A stretch of 64,000 nucleotides of DNA, from the NCBI GenBank assembly GCA_048939995.1, contig JBHLOY010000001.1:366449-430448 (forward strand), read 5' to 3'. Positions 61,011 through 64,000 of the stretch are shown one piece after another. Below the pieces are notes generated by a model. It had not been told where the DNA came from and ran no database searches. It saw only the letters and a list, made by a program, of their open reading frames with translations. Made by a program: the position numbers and the translations under genes. This DNA comes from Promethearchaeota archaeon (GTDB lineage: Archaea; Asgardarchaeota; Lokiarchaeia; Sigyniarchaeales; SOKP01). Each line of letters begins with the position of its first letter. Within the stretch, counting starts at the first letter, position 1.

Positions 61011-62672
61011 TTAAACAAATATAACTCCAATTGTTAATGAAATCAAGCCTATTATTAAAAAAACCTTATTTAATAAGCTAAATAGGGGATATTCATTTTC
61101 AATTTTTCTTGGGCTTGTTGCCATTGTATAACCACTGGAAGACATAGTGGAAAAAAAAGCAATCCAAAAGAAAAATCCAATATTTATGAGGACATAAAGA
61201 ATTGAACTATGAAGCCACCACGTTAGTAATCCCAAAATACTAATATTAATGAATCCATAGAATATTCCCTTAAATACAAATTTTTGGGTAAAATCTGAAA
61301 GAGGAAACAATAAAAATATAATTAGATTTGTAATTATGACCCAAAGGCAGATTTCCCCAATCCACCAAACCTTATCAAAGTTTGTAAAAATTGCTAGTCC
61401 TAAGAATAGGAAGAATAAAGCGATTATAGGTAAAAGAAACACTTTACGGAAGAGAAATGTAGTGTGGGTTATTACTGCACGCATGCGATGAGACAATTTA
61501 AATTTAGCGAGCTTCATTTTATCTGATTTTTTAGACGGCTTTTCTTTTAAATAGTCTGGTATAAACTTGGACCATACTGGGCCATATTTAACCTTAAATG
61601 GAAATTTTTCGGAACTTTTAGGTAGTTCTGGAATAGCTATTCCGCCAGCAGAAAGTTGAGGAAGCAGAAGTGTTTTTTTATTAGAAATATATTGAATTCC
61701 AGAAGTTTCTACAGCTTCGAGGAGTTGGGAATTACCAAAATTATTTCCGCGAGCCGCACACCATACATTAATCCCATTAGAATCGACACATAATACCCAT
61801 GCGTTGATCTTTTTCAAATCTCGCATAACTTTAATATATGTATAATCATAATTTGCAGTAACAATAATAGGGGAATCTTTATCGGGAGTCCCAGATTCAT
61901 AAATCCCTGGCTCAATAGGAACATGATCCACTTGACCGGTGAAGGTGCAACGGTATATCCTTAATTGAGATTTTATTCCTTTAAATTTTCTCGGTTTAGG
62001 ACGATAATAACCAGGTTCATTTTTTTGATTGACAATTACTTTTTGAAGCTCTAATGCTTGGATAGAGCCATGTTTCCACTTTTTTTGAGTTTTAATTTTG
62101 AATCCGATTGATTCTAGATAATTAAAGAACCATTTAACACGGAAAGTATTTTGTAATCGAAGTCTTCTAATTTTTTTCTTGTACCACCATCTTTTAATAT
62201 TAAAGATTAATCTCCAAAATCCTGAAGGCACAAATTCAGCTCCAATTATTAAACTTCCTTCTGGTTTTAGGACTTTCCATGCATTTCGAAGGAAAATTTG
62301 CTGTTCAAATGGACGTAATTCTGATAACATAAAAGTACTTACTACCACATCCTTAGAAGAATCTTCCATATGTATATCTGAGAAAGTCCCAATTTGATAA
62401 GTTAGTTTCAAATTTTCTTCTTGAGGATAATTCTGCATTGCAAAAGTAATCATCTTAAAATTTTTGTCAATTGCAATAACATTATTACCCTTTAATGCCA
62501 TTTTAGCAGCGAGTACACCTGTACCACATCCAATCTCTAAAACATCTGAAGCATTTACACGATCAAGAATCCATTTCTGGACTTCTTTATTAACTCCCTT
62601 TGTAAGAGTGGTAAATTTTGAATCATATGTATCTGGTTCCTGTTCCAATTTCCTCATATATACGACAGCCAT
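61011..62672 (-). CDS. SAM methyltransferase fused to HgcA-like corrinoid-binding membrane protein
   Basis: N-term VLEIGCGTG..LKPEG; middle PIIVTANY, GINVWCAARG cap helix (61746-61769), LPQL, YGPV; five C-terminal TM helices; ATG 62672 after AGGTG. Confidence 0.9.
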   Translation of the reverse strand: MAVVYMRKLEQEPDTYDSKFTTLTKGVNKEVQKWILDRVNASDVLEIGCGTGVLAAKMALKGNNVIAIDKNFKMITFAMQNYPQEENLKLTYQIGTFSDIHMEDSSKDVVVSTFMLSELRPFEQQIFLRNAWKVLKPEGSLIIGAEFVPSGFWRLIFNIKRWWYKKKIRRLRLQNTFRVKWFFNYLESIGFKIKTQKKWKHGSIQALELQKVIVNQKNEPGYYRPKPRKFKGIKSQLRIYRCTFTGQVDHVPIEPGIYESGTPDKDSPIIVTANYDYTYIKVMRDLKKINAWVLCVDSNGINVWCAARGNNFGNSQLLEAVETSGIQYISNKKTLLLPQLSAGGIAIPELPKSSEKFPFKVKYGPVWSKFIPDYLKEKPSKKSDKMKLAKFKLSHRMRAVITHTTFLFRKVFLLPIIALFFLFLGLAIFTNFDKVWWIGEICLWVIITNLIIFLLFPLSDFTQKFVFKGIFYGFINISILGLLTWWLHSSILYVLINIGFFFWIAFFSTMSSSGYTMATSPRKIENEYPLFSLLNKVFLIIGLISLTIGVIFV

Positions 62673-62712
62673 TAAATACACCTATTTTCTTGTATTTTAT
62701 AATAAAATAAAC

Positions 62713-63771
62713 CTATTGAGATTTCCAAAAACCTCGTTTTTTTAGATACCTGCCTAAATAAACTATTGAAAGCATTATGGGGACTTCCCAAAATAATCCC
62801 ATAGTAGTCCCCAATGCTGCAATTGAACCAACACCATAGATTGCGATAGCAGTAGCGATTGCAATTTCAAAATGACTTGAAGATCCAATAATTACAGTTA
62901 TTACAGCCTCTTTGTATTTTAATTTAAAAAATTTGGTAATTAGGATATTGTATCCAACAACAATAGCAAAACCAACCAGAAGTGGTATTGAAACCAATAA
63001 TAACAAATCTGGATTAAGTACTAGAACTTGTCCATTTAAAGAAAAAAGCACAGCTAGAGTAGTCAATAGAGCTAAAATAGAAATTTTTCCTACTAGAGGG
63101 CGATAAATATTATTAAACCAATCTATTCCCTTGGAAGAAATAATAAGTCTTTTAGATATAATACCAAGTAATAAAGGAAGCCCAATAAAAATTAATGTTG
63201 AAAATAATAAAAGGATCCAATTTATTGGGATGCTTTGAATACCTGTTAATAACGTTACCATTGGAGCATAACCAAATATTATAGTTATGGTGTTTAAACT
63301 AGTATTAATTACATTCTGTTCTTGATTTCCTCGTGCCATCCAGCCCCATACAAGAACCATCGCTGTACACGGTGAACTAGAGAGTAATATAATAGCGACT
63401 GAAAGTTGTTGATTTCCAGCTAAAAACAAATTAACCATCAGTAACCCTATAAAAGGAGCAACTAACCAATTAGAGATTAATGTTAAAATGATAGGTTTAG
63501 GATTTCTTCCCAATTTCTTTAATTCTGAGGCCTGAATATTTAACATTGCAGGATACATCATCAAAAACAAACAAATCCCAATAGGAACTGAAATTTCCCC
63601 TATTTTTATAGCATCAATTGCTTCACTGATGCCTGGAAAAAATTGCGATAAAAGAATTCCAATAAGAATACATAAAGCAACCCATAGGGGAAGAAATTTC
63701 TCAAAAAAACCAATATCTTTCCCTTTCTCTTTCGAAACTTGTTCTATTCGATTTAATCTTTCTTTTTGCAT
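62713..63771 (-). CDS. acr3: ACR3 family arsenite efflux transporter
   Basis: FEKFLPLWVALC, MMYP, NW...P, PCTAMV, FEIAIA, EVPIML. Confidence 0.93.
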   Translation of the reverse strand: MQKERLNRIEQVSKEKGKDIGFFEKFLPLWVALCILIGILLSQFFPGISEAIDAIKIGEISVPIGICLFLMMYPAMLNIQASELKKLGRNPKPIILTLISNWLVAPFIGLLMVNLFLAGNQQLSVAIILLSSSPCTAMVLVWGWMARGNQEQNVINTSLNTITIIFGYAPMVTLLTGIQSIPINWILLLFSTLIFIGLPLLLGIISKRLIISSKGIDWFNNIYRPLVGKISILALLTTLAVLFSLNGQVLVLNPDLLLLVSIPLLVGFAIVVGYNILITKFFKLKYKEAVITVIIGSSSHFEIAIATAIAIYGVGSIAALGTTMGLFWEVPIMLSIVYLGRYLKKRGFWKSQ

Positions 63772-63774
63772 AAT

Positions 63775-63999
63775 TTATTGAATAACCTCTTCTAAAATAA
63801 GTGTTGAATCTTTATTCCTTCTTTCATACTCTCTTCTAATGTTTTTAATAAAAGATTTTAAATTATTTGTAAGTTTATTGAAACTTTCCAAGGAGATACC
63901 ATTAAATATTGAGACTAAATGGATAATACCAGCCACTTCCTTATCGCATGTATGACCAAAACGCGGAGCACGGCATTCATAACAAACATTTAAAGCGAA
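63775..63999 (-). CDS. C-terminal part of a Cys-containing protein, truncated by window edge
   Basis: Open frame FALNVCYECRAPRFGHTCDKEV...EEVIQ*; stop 3 nt before the acr3 ATG. Confidence 0.65.
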   Translation of the reverse strand, partial: FALNVCYECRAPRFGHTCDKEVAGIIHLVSIFNGISLESFNKLTNNLKSFIKNIRREYERRNKDSTLILEEVIQ

Positions 64000-64000
64000 A

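Noticed and set aside
61011-62672. Calling the fusion ArsM (arsenite methyltransferase)
   Set aside because: The MTase domain has only the Cys in GCGTG and lacks the multiple conserved As-binding cysteines of ArsM.
61011-62672. Calling it CdhD/CdhE of the Wood-Ljungdahl pathway, or bona fide hgcA
   Set aside because: TM helices and the cap-helix Cys argue against CdhE; the ARG-for-AGK change and fusion mean Hg methylation cannot be assumed, so no gene symbol was given.
200-63106. Numerous short antisense or alternate-frame ORFs (e.g. 200..466, 6552..6992, 27476..27904, 53325..53846, 54930..55388)
   Set aside because: They overlap well-supported genes and have shadow-ORF composition.
1-64000. 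CRISPR array, rRNA, tRNA, IS elements, integrase
   Set aside because: No regularly spaced repeats, GC-rich structural RNA blocks or transposase/integrase motifs seen by eye.

Overview
AT-rich archaeal chromosomal window. TFB, RFC subunits, BRE/TATA promoters and GGTGA/GGAGG ribosome-binding sites are visible; gene style suggests an Asgard archaeon, probably Lokiarchaeia/Promethearchaeota (inference). Left half is mostly housekeeping: a giant repeat/coiled-coil protein, a CdrS-like RHH regulator, a GNAT-rfcS1-rfcS2-rfcL cluster, pepT, fba, tfb, grpE-dnaK-dnaJ-clpB, pyk and an AOR. The middle (about 29-50 kb) is an accessory detox/defence region with a GC-richer heterodimeric ABC exporter and a PadR-led operon carrying a UvrB-independent UvrA. 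A liv-type ABC importer with a membrane HEAT protein and an acyl-CoA ligase follows. The strongest candidate for a new system is the minus-strand operon at 59.8-64 kb: acr3 arsenite exporter, a SAM methyltransferase fused to an HgcA-like corrinoid membrane protein, an HgcB-like ferredoxin, a small CxC thioredoxin-fold (ArsD-like) protein, and a MoaD/Urm1-like beta-grasp protein ending Gly-Cys-TGA-TGA, followed by an AUGA/AAA/GA kink-turn hairpin resembling a eukaryote/Loki-type SECIS. This suggests a corrinoid-dependent metal(loid) methylation/detox system that may include an undescribed selenoprotein. No rRNA, tRNA, CRISPR array or transposase was recognised. All family calls are from motif recognition by eye; no searches were run.
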